Positions 10,121-21,289 of a DNA stretch of 64,000 nucleotides are shown here, one piece after another. Under the pieces are notes generated by a model, which made no database searches, was not told the DNA's origin, and saw only the letters and a program-made list of their open reading frames with translations. Both the position numbers and the translations under genes were made by a program. Source of the DNA: Acidobacteriota bacterium (lineage in GTDB: Bacteria > Acidobacteriota > UBA890 > WLXD01); contig CBDBHB010000009.1 in NCBI GenBank assembly GCA_965205505.1, positions 1,568,001 through 1,632,000 of the forward strand, in the 5' to 3' direction. Each line of letters starts with the position of its first letter. Position 1 is the stretch's first letter.

Positions 10121-12346
10121 ATGCGCCGAACTCTATCCCGTACTTGTCTTGTCAGCCTTGTAGTAATGGCCTTGGGCAGCCTGGCCACATCGCAGCTGCA
10201 GGCCGCTCCGGCACAGAGTGGCCGGATCACGCTCGAGTCGCTGTATAGCCCTGACTCGAGCGAGCGGGTGAGCTACTCGGGCTCGGTGCCTTCGCTCACC
10301 TGGGTCGACGACGCGAGCTATGTCGAGCGTGGCGAAAGCGGTGAATGGATGAAGATCGACGCCGCTACCGGGACGTCCTCCGCGGCCGTGGACATGGATG
10401 CCCTGGGCGCTTCGCTTGAAGACCTTGCGGGGCTGACCGACGACGACCTGGTCACGCTGACCGAGCGTGCCGCCTCCGGCATCGCACGTGGACGAGTCTC
10501 CGTCTTGCTCAACCACGCCAACGATCTGTTCGTGGTGTTTGCCACCGGCGCCGCCAAGAGGTTGACGTTCAACGCCGCGCCGGAGGTGGGCGAGGAGCTG
10601 TCACCTGACGGCCGCTTCGTATCGTTTGTCCGCGACTACAACCTCCACCTCATCGAGGTGGACTGCGGCCGCGAGCGGGCGCTGACTACCGACGGGTCCG
10701 ACGAGCTGTTCTACGGGCGTCTCGATTGGGTCTATCAGGAGGAAATCTACGGTCGTGGGAACTTCAAGGGGTACTGGTGGAGCCCCGACTCGAGCGCGCT
10801 TGCTTTCCTCAAGCTCGATGAGTCGCCGGTAAACGAGTTCACCGTGGTCGACCATATTCCCTCGACGCTCGATACCGAGGTGACCAACTATCCGAAGGCC
10901 GGAGATCCGAACCCCAAAGTGTGGCTCGGCGTGGTCAAGGCAGTTGGCGGCGAGGCAACGTGGATCGACGCCAAGAAGTACGAGCCCATTGAGCACCTGA
11001 TCGTCGGCGTTGGCTGGCATCCGAGCGGCGACCGTGTCGTGTATCAGGTCCAGGATCGTGAGCAGACCTGGCTCGAGCTCAATATGGGCAATCCGGCTAC
11101 CGGTAACAGTACGACGCTCATCCGCGAGACCACCGAGGCGTTTGTTCAGGAGATGGGCGGACCGAACTGGCTTCCGGACGGCAGCTTCCTTTGGTTCTCC
11201 GAGCGCACCGGCTTCAAGCACCTCTATCACTATGCGTTCGAGGGCTTCGATATCCCGGTGATCAGACACCAGGTGACCGAGGGCGAATGGGAGGCGCGGA
11301 CGCTACACGGTGTCGACGATGACGGTTGGGTGTACTTCTCGGGCACGGAGCACAGCCCCATTTCCAATCACGTGTATCGAGTTCGCGTCGACGGCTCGGG
11401 GCTCGAGCGCCTGTCGTCGGTCGAGGGCGACCACGCGGCGAGTTTCAACCCCGGGCTCACTCACTATCTTGACACCTGGAGCGACGTCACCACGCCGCCG
11501 CAGATTCGGCTCCACACGGACGACGGCTCCGAGGTGCGCGTCGTTGCCGAGAATCGGGTGACAGCGCTCGAGGATGTCGATCTCGGCACCGTGGAGTTCC
11601 TTCAGGTGTCTACGCGCGATGGCTTCCTGATGGAGGCGATGATCATCAAGCCGCCCGATTTCGACCCCGTCAAGCGCTACCCCGTGTTGCAATACAACTA
11701 CGGCGGCCCGCATGCGCCGGTGGTGCGCGACAGGTGGGGTGGGTCGCGCTACATGTGGCACCAGATGCTTGCGCAGCGCGGCTACATCATCTGGATGTGC
11801 GATAACCGCTCGGCCTCCGGCAAGGGCATCAAGCCCACCTGGTATGCCTACCAGCAGATGGGCGTGGTGGAGCTGCGCGATATCGAAGATGGACTCGACT
11901 GGCTCAAGCAACAGTCGTGGGTCGACGGCGACCGTCTCGGAATCTGGGGCTGGAGCTACGGGGGCTTCATGGCTTCTTTTGCGCTAACGCACTCGAAGTC
12001 GTTCAAGGCGGCCATCGCCGGAGCGCCAGTGACCGACTGGCGCCTGTACGACACCATCTACACCGAGCGCTACATGCGCATGCCGCAGAACAACCCCGAG
12101 GGTTACGATTCCACGTCGGTGGTGAAGGCGGCGGGAAACCTGCACGGCAAGCTGCTCATCGTGCACGGGACCATGGACGACAACGTGCATTTCCAGAACT
12201 CGGTGCAGTTGGTCTACGAGCTACAGAAGGCGGGTAAGGACTTCGAGTTCATGATGTACCCGCGCTCACGCCACGGCGTGCGGCAACGCGAGCTTGTCTG
12301 GCACCTGCAGCGCACGATGACCGACTTCGTGCTGGAGAACCTCTAG
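10121..12346 (+). CDS. S9 family dipeptidyl-peptidase IV-like, secreted
   Basis: Signal peptide, DWVYQEE, GWSYGG, HGTMDDNVH catalytic motifs. Confidence 0.92.
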   Translation: MRRTLSRTCLVSLVVMALGSLATSQLQAAPAQSGRITLESLYSPDSSERVSYSGSVPSLTWVDDASYVERGESGEWMKIDAATGTSSAAVDMDALGASLEDLAGLTDDDLVTLTERAASGIARGRVSVLLNHANDLFVVFATGAAKRLTFNAAPEVGEELSPDGRFVSFVRDYNLHLIEVDCGRERALTTDGSDELFYGRLDWVYQEEIYGRGNFKGYWWSPDSSALAFLKLDESPVNEFTVVDHIPSTLDTEVTNYPKAGDPNPKVWLGVVKAVGGEATWIDAKKYEPIEHLIVGVGWHPSGDRVVYQVQDREQTWLELNMGNPATGNSTTLIRETTEAFVQEMGGPNWLPDGSFLWFSERTGFKHLYHYAFEGFDIPVIRHQVTEGEWEARTLHGVDDDGWVYFSGTEHSPISNHVYRVRVDGSGLERLSSVEGDHAASFNPGLTHYLDTWSDVTTPPQIRLHTDDGSEVRVVAENRVTALEDVDLGTVEFLQVSTRDGFLMEAMIIKPPDFDPVKRYPVLQYNYGGPHAPVVRDRWGGSRYMWHQMLAQRGYIIWMCDNRSASGKGIKPTWYAYQQMGVVELRDIEDGLDWLKQQSWVDGDRLGIWGWSYGGFMASFALTHSKSFKAAIAGAPVTDWRLYDTIYTERYMRMPQNNPEGYDSTSVVKAAGNLHGKLLIVHGTMDDNVHFQNSVQLVYELQKAGKDFEFMMYPRSRHGVRQRELVWHLQRTMTDFVLENL

Positions 12347-12360
12347 TGTCAGGACACTAG
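12343..12360. repeat. Short palindrome CTAGTGTC-AG-GACACTAG (CTAG-bounded repeat family)
   Basis: Perfect 8-bp inverted repeat overlapping the TAG stop; same ends as 60712-60736. Confidence 0.6.
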
Positions 12361-12421
12361 CAGCCCTACCGGAGGCCGATACGGTCGTCCGACCACCCCT
12401 TGTAGACGACGCGGACGGAAC

Positions 12422-13108
12422 ATGGCACGAACCTATTTCAGCTCCAGTACCTTCAAGTTTCTGCGTGACCTGAACCGCAATAACGACCGAGACTGGTTCA
12501 AGGCCCGCCAGGATCGTTACGAGCGAACCGTGCGTGAGCCAGCGCTCGATTTCATCGCCGACTTCGAAGCGCCGCTTCATAGGATCAGCCGTCACTTCGT
12601 CGCCCTCGCGAAGAAGTCGGGCGGCTCGCTGTTTCGTATCCACCGCGATGTCCGGTTCTCGAAAGACAAGAGCCCCTACAAGCCCTACACCGGGGTGCAG
12701 TTTCGTCACGAACAGGGCAAGGATGCTCACTGCCCGGGGTACTACCTTCACCTCCAGCCCAAGAGCGTGTTCGCCGCAGCCGGGATCTGGAGACCCGATG
12801 GGCCGACGCTTCTGAAGATCCGCGAGCTCATCGCCGCTGATCCCGCCGGCTGGAAGAAGGCGGTCGGGGGTAAGCCCTTCAAAGATGCCTTCGTGCTGGA
12901 GGGCGACTCCTTGAAGCGGCCGCCGAGGGGCTTCGACGCCGACCACCCTTCGATTGAGGATCTGAAGCGCAAGGATTTCATCGCCGTGGCGCGAGTCAGC
13001 GAGAAGTACGTAACCGGCAACACCTTCATGAAGGACATCAATGCCTTGTGGCGGAAGGCGACGCCGCTGATGCGGTTTCTCTGCGACGCGATCGACGTAC
13101 CGTTCTAG
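12422..13108 (+). CDS. DUF2461 / TIGR02453 family protein
   Basis: NNDRDWF, FRIHRDVRFSKDKSPYK, LKRPPRGF. Confidence 0.9.
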   Translation: MARTYFSSSTFKFLRDLNRNNDRDWFKARQDRYERTVREPALDFIADFEAPLHRISRHFVALAKKSGGSLFRIHRDVRFSKDKSPYKPYTGVQFRHEQGKDAHCPGYYLHLQPKSVFAAAGIWRPDGPTLLKIRELIAADPAGWKKAVGGKPFKDAFVLEGDSLKRPPRGFDADHPSIEDLKRKDFIAVARVSEKYVTGNTFMKDINALWRKATPLMRFLCDAIDVPF

Positions 13109-13176
13109 TAAGGGAGGCGGCTGCGGCGACTATCGGAGTTCTCCCGGCGGAGCTGCGTAGGTCCGATGGAGACGAC

Positions 13177-13293
13177 GCCTAGCCAGAAGCAGCAAAAGAC
13201 GGATCGCTCTCGTCACGGGCCTTACGTACGCAACGCCCGCGCCAAGCCGGCTACGCCGGACGCGCTCACAGCTTAGCCTCAGTTCCGCTAGCC
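13177..13293 (+). other. Degenerate integron attC-like site
   Basis: GCCTAGC...CAGCTTA...GCTAGCC ends (mutated RYYYAAC/GTTRRRY) with an internal imperfect palindrome; lies just upstream of an ATG. Confidence 0.4.
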
Positions 13294-13297
13294 AGAC

Positions 13298-13612
13298 ATG
13301 AGCGAGATGAAGGAATTGCTCAGAACCGCTGCGCGTTCGGTTCGCAGCGTTAGTGGACCGTCGTCGGCTGCGAATGTCAGAGTCCTGAGAGCGCGAGGGA
13401 AAACCGTAGCCGCCCTACAGATCCGTGACGCGACCGAGGCAGACAACATACGTGCGCTTGCGGCGCTTCACGTGACGACCTGGAATGACATGCACGGACG
13501 GCGGCGGAGCGCGTCGACTGAGAAACTGCGCGAGCGCCAGTGGCCGTGTTCGATAGTCTGGATTGCGGCTGGTTCGGCCTGGTTGTCGTGAGACCGAATG
13601 GCGATCTGGTTC
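13298..13612 (+). pseudogene. GNAT acetyltransferase remnant (frameshifted, truncated)
   Basis: IRDATEADNIRALAALHVTTWND, then a shifted frame giving VFDSLDCGWFGLVVVRPNGDLV. Confidence 0.5.
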
Positions 13613-13718
13613 ACCGAGTAGCGCCGTAGCCTAGAGACGGCGGCCGATGCTTCAGAGCGCGTAGGCGGTTAGATTCGGCCCCGTTGGCGGCGTGGGGACA
13701 ATCGGGCGTGGTTCATGG

Positions 13719-14105
13719 TCAAAGCGCCGCGTGGACTAGGATCATGATCGCCACCATGGCGGCGACGAAGCCAGTCTCCGTGGCGATGGCGTAATGGCTC
13801 TTTCGTGAGAACAGACCGCCGGCGCCCATGAGCGCCATGATCGTGAGCGCGACGAGGATGATCGTAAGCAGCGCGTCTGCCGCCGCAGTTACGCCGACGA
13901 TCCACGCCAGCAAGAACGTGGCGACGAATTGAGCAAGCAGCGCTGGTACCGGTTGGCCGCTGCCTGCTTCCTCCGAAATCCCGACGCCTTCCATCCACTT
14001 CGCGCCGAACAGTTTGGGAGAGTACCAGAGTCCACCCAGCATGAATGCGAGGACCGTTCCTACCCCGACCGCCAGCCAGTTGACGTTCGCTGTGATCTCA
14101 GCCAT
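13719..14105 (-). CDS. DUF1761 family membrane protein
   Basis: NWLAV...LGGLWYSPKLFG.KW; 4 TM helices. Confidence 0.85.
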   Translation of the reverse strand: MAEITANVNWLAVGVGTVLAFMLGGLWYSPKLFGAKWMEGVGISEEAGSGQPVPALLAQFVATFLLAWIVGVTAAADALLTIILVALTIMALMGAGGLFSRKSHYAIATETGFVAAMVAIMILVHAAL

Positions 14106-14332
14106 TGAGCTTCGACTCCTTCCCAGTCTGGGGATATCGGTTGGAAGCGTGCAAGCTTCTTACAGCAGGTCGCTCAATAGGAGGCTCGGCGAGCCGGGTG
14201 AACGACCGGATCCACGACTATCGCCGGAGTCTTCGCGAGTACGACGGTGCCGGCTCGAAGGGGTGTGTGTGCCCCCCCGTTCTCTCCATCTTGTCGGCTA
14301 CCGCCAAGCCCTCGATCTGCGCCGATGCTCTC

Positions 14333-14920
14333 CTACGGATAGAGCATCCCGCTCCGCCAGCCGCCGTCCTCGGTGCGCTCGAACACCGTGCGATCGTGCA
14401 ATCGCCCCAGACGCGATTCCCAGAATTCGATTCGCGAAGGATTCAATAGATACCCTCCCCAGAATGCCGGTCGGGGGATCCTCTGCCCGAGCCGTCGCGC
14501 CTTTTCGGTGACGTAGGCGATGATCAGCTCTCGGCGACCCTGTATTGGCTCGCTTTGCCGCGATGCCCAGGCGCCGAGCTGGCTCTGGCGCGCCCGAGTG
14601 GCGAAGTAGGCGTCGGCTTCCGCGTCCGAGACGCGGGTAACGGTGCCCTCGACGCGGATCTGCTTGGCGAGGGTGGGCCAGTAGAAAACCAGAGCGGCGC
14701 GGGGGTTCGCGTCGAGCTCGCTGGCTTTGCGGCTGCCGTAGTTCGTGTAGAAGACAAAGCCGCGCTCGTCGGCGCACTTCAGCAGCACCATTCGCGCCGA
14801 CGGGTCCCCCTCTGCCGTGGTGGTCGCCAGGGTCATAGCCGTGGCGCGCTGCGGCTCGCCGTTGCGTTCGGCCTGTCGCTGCAACTGCAGGAAGCGAGCG
14901 ATGGGATCGTGATTGCGCAT
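14333..14920 (-). CDS. pdxH: Pyridoxine/pyridoxamine 5'-phosphate oxidase
   Basis: MTLAT, ARMVLLK, FYTNYGSRK, SQLGAWAS.QS, WGGY, EFW...RLHDR. Confidence 0.95.
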   Translation of the reverse strand: MRNHDPIARFLQLQRQAERNGEPQRATAMTLATTTAEGDPSARMVLLKCADERGFVFYTNYGSRKASELDANPRAALVFYWPTLAKQIRVEGTVTRVSDAEADAYFATRARQSQLGAWASRQSEPIQGRRELIIAYVTEKARRLGQRIPRPAFWGGYLLNPSRIEFWESRLGRLHDRTVFERTEDGGWRSGMLYP

Positions 14921-15138
14921 GGGGGTGATTATCGCCCGGACGGTGGTGCGGTGCGGCGCCGGTTGATCGCAGACATGCCTGGCGCTCCGAGATTTCGGTG
15001 TTCACCCGCCGGCAACGCGAGTCCATCGAAGCTCTCAAGTAATTGAAAAAACTTAGCTTAGAGAATTTTTCTCTGCCGCCTCGAGAAAAACCCGCGCTGC
15101 GCTTGCCGGAATGAAGCGTCCGTAGTTTGATCACTCGG

Positions 15139-15601
15139 GTCCGGATGATTGCCCCGGCCAAACGGGAGATTCGGAACCTGTTGAGGTTGCAAAACGACCT
15201 TGAGTAGAGAACGGCTCGACGAGCCTGGAAGCGGAACCGCAAGGGGAAGCGAAAGGGCTCGGGGGATAAACGGGAGCTCGAGAGGGAGCCCGGGATGCCC
15301 GGGGAGGCGCTGGAAGCCCGCAAGGGTGGAAGGCGACTGCCTGAACGAGATGGACCAGACGTCTGCAAGGACGAGTGGGAAGTCTCGACGGGGCTGGAAG
15401 GCGAACCCGCAAGGGGGAGCCAGAGAGCAACGGAGCCAACGGCACGTTCGTCAGAGTGATGCCGATGGCAGGGTCGACGGAAAGGCTCGCAAGAGTCGGG
15501 AAGTCGAGCCATAGAGGCGAAGGAAGCTCGAGGAAACGATCGCGACGGAGGGTTCCGGACCCCACGGGAGGCCGTCGCGGTAATCATCCGGGCATTTTTT
15601 T
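15139..15601 (+). ncRNA. Putative large structured ncRNA of unknown class
   Basis: 15139-15153 pairs with 15579-15593 (15 bp incl. 2 G.U), followed by T7; five GCAA-capped arms with purine internal loops; intergenic, strongly G/A-biased. Confidence 0.7.
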
Positions 15602-15735
15602 GGTACCCGGAATGGCCCGAGGGGATGCGGGGCGAACCTAGCAGCCAGCTGGTGTTCGCCTCGCTGGGGCGCCGTCAGCTCGCCGCTTCGCGGGCTCGGC
15701 TTTACCGGCTTGCCTTCCGTTTGCTCACCCGGGCG

Positions 15736-16539
15736 TCACCCATCGTCGAGTGGCAACGGCTCGACGATCAGGTTGCGCCAAATGCACGCGGGAGCGATCG
15801 GTATGCGAACGTTCCAGCGGGCAGTGTCCTCGATCCGAGGAGCCTGTAGGCTCACCTCGTAGAGACCCACCGCCAGGTCGTTGATCTCGAACCAGCCGTC
15901 GCTGTCGCTCAGGTAAGTTCGGTGATCGCCTTCGGCCACGTCTAAGCTGATTCGCACCCCGGGGACCGGGCCGCCGGGATCGAGGCGTATGTCGGGGCGC
16001 CGCTCGGCGTTGAGTGGCAGTTGCTGACGCTCCCGGTAGACCATGCCATACAGCGACACGACCTTCTCGGCTGTCTCGAGGCCGCGCAAGTAGGCCAGAT
16101 CTGTCTCGGCGTCTCTGGCTAGCCGGGTGCGCGAACAGATTCCGGTCTCGTATCGGCCGGTAAGAGCCGACTGGTTGGCGTAAACGAGGTAGGTGCGGTT
16201 CGTGGCGAACTGGAATCCGCAGTCTCCACCGCCGGCGCCGGTCGCCACGATCACCTCGCGCTTACCCTCGGCGCCTTGCCACCGTTCCTGCACCCGCAAG
16301 GTTGCCAGGATCTTGACCTGCACATCGCCGTCCGTTTCCTCGGTAACAGTGTCCAGGCGGGTCACCCGTCCGACAAAGATCGCGGCAGTCTGCCACCACA
16401 CCTCGCAGGCAGGGCGCTTCGGCGACATACAGGTGCAGCGGGCCGTGGCCACGCCGTTGGTGCCGGGCGTCCCCAGTCCCAGAGTCGCGGGCGCAAGGCC
16501 CAGGATGGCTGCCGCCAGCAGCGGCCGCAGTTGCTTCAT
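15736..16539 (-). CDS. Secreted protein with TIMP/NTR-like CxC domain plus carboxypeptidase-regulatory-like domain
   Basis: Signal peptide, CTC..C, IFVGRV, GGGDCGFQF..TYLVYA...CSRT. Confidence 0.65.
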   Translation of the reverse strand: MKQLRPLLAAAILGLAPATLGLGTPGTNGVATARCTCMSPKRPACEVWWQTAAIFVGRVTRLDTVTEETDGDVQVKILATLRVQERWQGAEGKREVIVATGAGGGDCGFQFATNRTYLVYANQSALTGRYETGICSRTRLARDAETDLAYLRGLETAEKVVSLYGMVYRERQQLPLNAERRPDIRLDPGGPVPGVRISLDVAEGDHRTYLSDSDGWFEINDLAVGLYEVSLQAPRIEDTARWNVRIPIAPACIWRNLIVEPLPLDDG

Positions 16540-16741
16540 TGTGGGATCCTCAGGGCGACAGGGGAACGACGATACAAGCATACACAAACCCGGCGCGGCG
16601 CGGTCCACATCGGCCAGCGTCAGGCGCGGCCGCGGTCGATCAGCTAACCTTCTTCGACAACGAGTTCGATTTTCGAGCGGCGGCGAATCGGGGTGTTCCC
16701 GCGTCCTACGTTCCGAGGACACTTCTATCAGGAGAGGTTTC

Positions 16742-17302
16742 ATGAAGATCCGCAATGTCGTGTTGCAAACGGTTTCCCTGACGATCGCGGTGATGATCGG
16801 CGCGGCGCTGCCGCTGAATGCGCAGAACGCCCCGGCGGGGCGCGTGGTCGTTGTCGACGGTGAACGGGTTACCGCCGAAACGCAGGTCGGGCAGGAAGTA
16901 CGGACGCAGGTGGAGGCTGCCGCCACCAATTGGCAGTCGCAGTCAGACCAGTTGGAGGCCGAGCTGCAGAGCCTGGCGACTAGTCGCCAGCAGCAGGCGT
17001 TGACGCTCAGCGCTCAGGCAATGGCCGATCTCAACTCGCAGATCGAAGTGAAGCAGATCTCCATCCAGCGGTTGCAAGACGATGCTCGTCGTCAGCTCGA
17101 TCGCCTCCAGCTTGAGGGTCAACAGCGCATCAACCAGGTGCTCGTTCCGGTGCTGGAGAGACTCGCAGCGGAGCAGGGCTGGGATCTCGTATTCGATACA
17201 CGACTCCTGCAGACGGGCAGCCTGCTCCATTACTCCACCTCTCTCGACGTAACCGACGAGTTCATCGCTGGCGTCAACGCCGCTTCGGGGAGCTCTGATT
17301 GA
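16742..17302 (+). CDS. OmpH/Skp periplasmic chaperone family
   Basis: Signal peptide, VVVVD, coiled coil, GWDLVFD...DVTDEFI. Confidence 0.75.
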   Translation: MKIRNVVLQTVSLTIAVMIGAALPLNAQNAPAGRVVVVDGERVTAETQVGQEVRTQVEAAATNWQSQSDQLEAELQSLATSRQQQALTLSAQAMADLNSQIEVKQISIQRLQDDARRQLDRLQLEGQQRINQVLVPVLERLAAEQGWDLVFDTRLLQTGSLLHYSTSLDVTDEFIAGVNAASGSSD

Positions 17303-17309
17303 CGGCCTG

Positions 17310-18824
17310 CTAGGGCGCCAACAGCTCCCTGAGCCGCTGGATGGGTACGCCGAGGTTCGACCCGCCGAACTCGGGCAACACCGCGGCGTTGAGGGCCACC
17401 ACGGCTCCGTCGAGCGCCAGTACCGGGCCACCGGCGCCTCCGTGCGTTGTCTCGGCGTCGTAGACGATGGCTCCGGCGGTGATTTGGCCAATGCTGCCCA
17501 TAGTGGCGAGTGGCGCCACATAGCCACCGCGCGCCAGATGTCCGGCAAGGTCCCAGAAGTCCACCGGGTCCTGGCCTAGGATGCTCGAGACGAACGTGGG
17601 ATCGGCTCGGGCCAGGAGCGACCGGATCCCGGCCGGGTAGCCCAGCACCAAGACTTCGTCGCCGATCTCCGGTGGAGCCTCCGCGAGTCGGAGACCGGCA
17701 ACGCGTTCGCCCAGGCCGGTGCTTCGTAGTATCGCCACGTCGGCCTGTGTGTGGCCGGTCTCCACTGCGAGGTCGAACGGCTCATCGACGCCCGGGAGGT
17801 AGCCGACGAGCCGTCGCATTTTCGGCGTGAAACCCTGTTCGATGAGATGTTGGGCGGCGGCGTCGAACTCCCAGGGCATCGCGACGTGCCGATTCGTGGC
17901 GACGACGTCGAGATCGGCGAGCACGAACCCGGTGCCCGTATAGCGGAACTCGAGCGGTGAGCCCCCGCCATCCGCTGCGACAACCGTCGGAGCGTCGCCG
18001 GAGGCCACGCCTGCGGATCGCAATGCGCGCCCGCTACGCGGCTCCACGAACCCGTAGGATCCCTGTATGAAGACAACGGAGGCCGATGCTTCCGAGATCA
18101 CTCGTCCGCGCGCCGTAGTTCTATTCTCGAGCGCCTCGATCCGGGCCAGGGTATCGTTGATGCGGAAGTCGAGCTGCGCTCGCACGTCGTTGTAGTCGTT
18201 GATCGTGAACGCGGCGCGTTCGGACGCCGCGAACAGCTCGACCAGCCCTTCGACGCCCTCTAGTGGGACACTGAGCTCGCGTCCCAGCCGCGCGTCACGT
18301 GTCCAAAGCATGCCCAGTCCTGCAACCAGAGCAAAGGCTCCCAGCAAGAACGCCGCTCGAACAGCCGGTCGCACCTGGGTGGCGAGCTCGCGGGCCGGTC
18401 CCAAGACCAGGATGCCGATGCGGTCCAGCGTTCCGTGGCCACCGAGCTTGGCGCAGCCGAGGCAATCGTTGAAAGCTTCGCGTACGCTCTTGTACGCGGC
18501 GCCCGCCACGCGTGGGCGGAAGCGCAGCAGCATGCGATCGCCGATCTCGATGAGGTCACCGGCGTGCAGCGATCGATTTCCGGCGCGCGTACCGTTCACC
18601 CAGGCTTCGGTATCACCGTGGACGTCGAGATACCAACCGTCGTTATCGGCAACCAACGCGGCGATGGGCTGCTCGCCAACCCGCGGCTGCCCGTAGACGA
18701 GCTTGAGTCGGCCACCCTCTAGCGGTACGAGATGGGTGGTACCGAAAACGCGTCGAGTACGGCCGCGCTCGGGTCCTGAAAGATGGACGAGCTGTGCGGC
18801 GGCAGCCGAAACGCTCTGTATCAT
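17310..18824 (-). CDS. FHA-domain membrane protein with trypsin-like protease domain (catalytic Ser replaced by Ala)
   Basis: WVNG..L.AGD.IEIG (FHA), TM segment, GTGF, ATNRHV, DVAIL, HGGAGGP. Confidence 0.75.
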   Translation of the reverse strand: MIQSVSAAAAQLVHLSGPERGRTRRVFGTTHLVPLEGGRLKLVYGQPRVGEQPIAALVADNDGWYLDVHGDTEAWVNGTRAGNRSLHAGDLIEIGDRMLLRFRPRVAGAAYKSVREAFNDCLGCAKLGGHGTLDRIGILVLGPARELATQVRPAVRAAFLLGAFALVAGLGMLWTRDARLGRELSVPLEGVEGLVELFAASERAAFTINDYNDVRAQLDFRINDTLARIEALENRTTARGRVISEASASVVFIQGSYGFVEPRSGRALRSAGVASGDAPTVVAADGGGSPLEFRYTGTGFVLADLDVVATNRHVAMPWEFDAAAQHLIEQGFTPKMRRLVGYLPGVDEPFDLAVETGHTQADVAILRSTGLGERVAGLRLAEAPPEIGDEVLVLGYPAGIRSLLARADPTFVSSILGQDPVDFWDLAGHLARGGYVAPLATMGSIGQITAGAIVYDAETTHGGAGGPVLALDGAVVALNAAVLPEFGGSNLGVPIQRLRELLAP

Positions 18825-18922
18825 CGTCGCCCAGCCTCCTGATAGGCGGCAGCGTAGCACCCAAGTGTGCCTGAACGCGCGGGGTCAGACTGGTTGCCAG
18901 ACTATCTCTGGTATGCGCAATT

Positions 18923-19348
18923 TCAGAGCGTCAGGTGAGGTTTCAGCGTCAGCCAGTCGTCGCTCGAATAGATGCTCGGTGCGACCTCGATCAGACGTGG
19001 GAGCATCTTGAACACCGATGTCTGGTTCCATTCGCCACCGAGCCGCGTCCGGAAGCCGGCCTCGTGCAACTCTGCGGCGATCTGACCGAAACCCTTGTCG
19101 TCGACGATCATCTTGAGCATGTGGATCATCACCTTGATCTCGTCGACGGCGGGTTCGAGCGTCATGCAATCGCTCGCCACTCGCAACCCGTACGGTACGG
19201 CCTCGGTAGACGTGTCTTCCTCTTCTCCTTCGACGGTTCGTTCCCACACGACTGCCAGGGCGCGCCAGCCGTCCTTCGCCTTGGATCGCAGTACCTCCTC
19301 GGTTAGCGGTCCGTCGATGACCTCATGCTTGCGTTCGATCTTTGCCAT
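18923..19348 (-). CDS. Recombinase-like HTH domain protein
   Basis: PYGLRV...E, QIAAELHEAGFRTRLGGEWNQTSVFKML; no catalytic domain. Confidence 0.6.
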   Translation of the reverse strand: MAKIERKHEVIDGPLTEEVLRSKAKDGWRALAVVWERTVEGEEEDTSTEAVPYGLRVASDCMTLEPAVDEIKVMIHMLKMIVDDKGFGQIAAELHEAGFRTRLGGEWNQTSVFKMLPRLIEVAPSIYSSDDWLTLKPHLTL

Positions 19349-19503
19349 GGTTTCCCCCGTGGCTTGTTTGGCGTCTGATACCCCCGCGGCACAGATCACC
19401 CCACGGACGTCCTGGAGGGAAGCTGGGGGAAATTATCAGAGCAGCGACGATCAAATGGAAGGTGCCGTCCCGGAAACGAACAGCGGTTAACGGCTAGCTG
19501 GTG

Positions 19504-21122
<1,619 letters not shown>

Positions 21123-21289
21123 GCCCCAAGAGTATCGGCGCGCTACTAACGCGCATAGGGTCGGACAGGCCGTCGACAGCTTGCAGAAGGCCCCATCAGT
21201 CGCATCCGGTTTTCCGACACGCTGGCGCAACGTCCGCTACCCTACCTGCTCTTCGCCCGTCAGACGCAGCGAGGGGGGTGGCGATCGTC

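Noticed and set aside
15139-15601. Identity as RNase P RNA, tmRNA, 6S, SRP or rRNA fragment
   Set aside because: No GAGGAAAGUCC/P4 signature, no tRNA-like ends or tag peptide, and wrong size or architecture; an Rfam search is still needed
14298-15641. ORFs across the 15.1-15.6 kb region (429 aa minus strand and several short ones)
   Set aside because: Low-complexity S/P/R translations with no motifs; better explained by RNA structure
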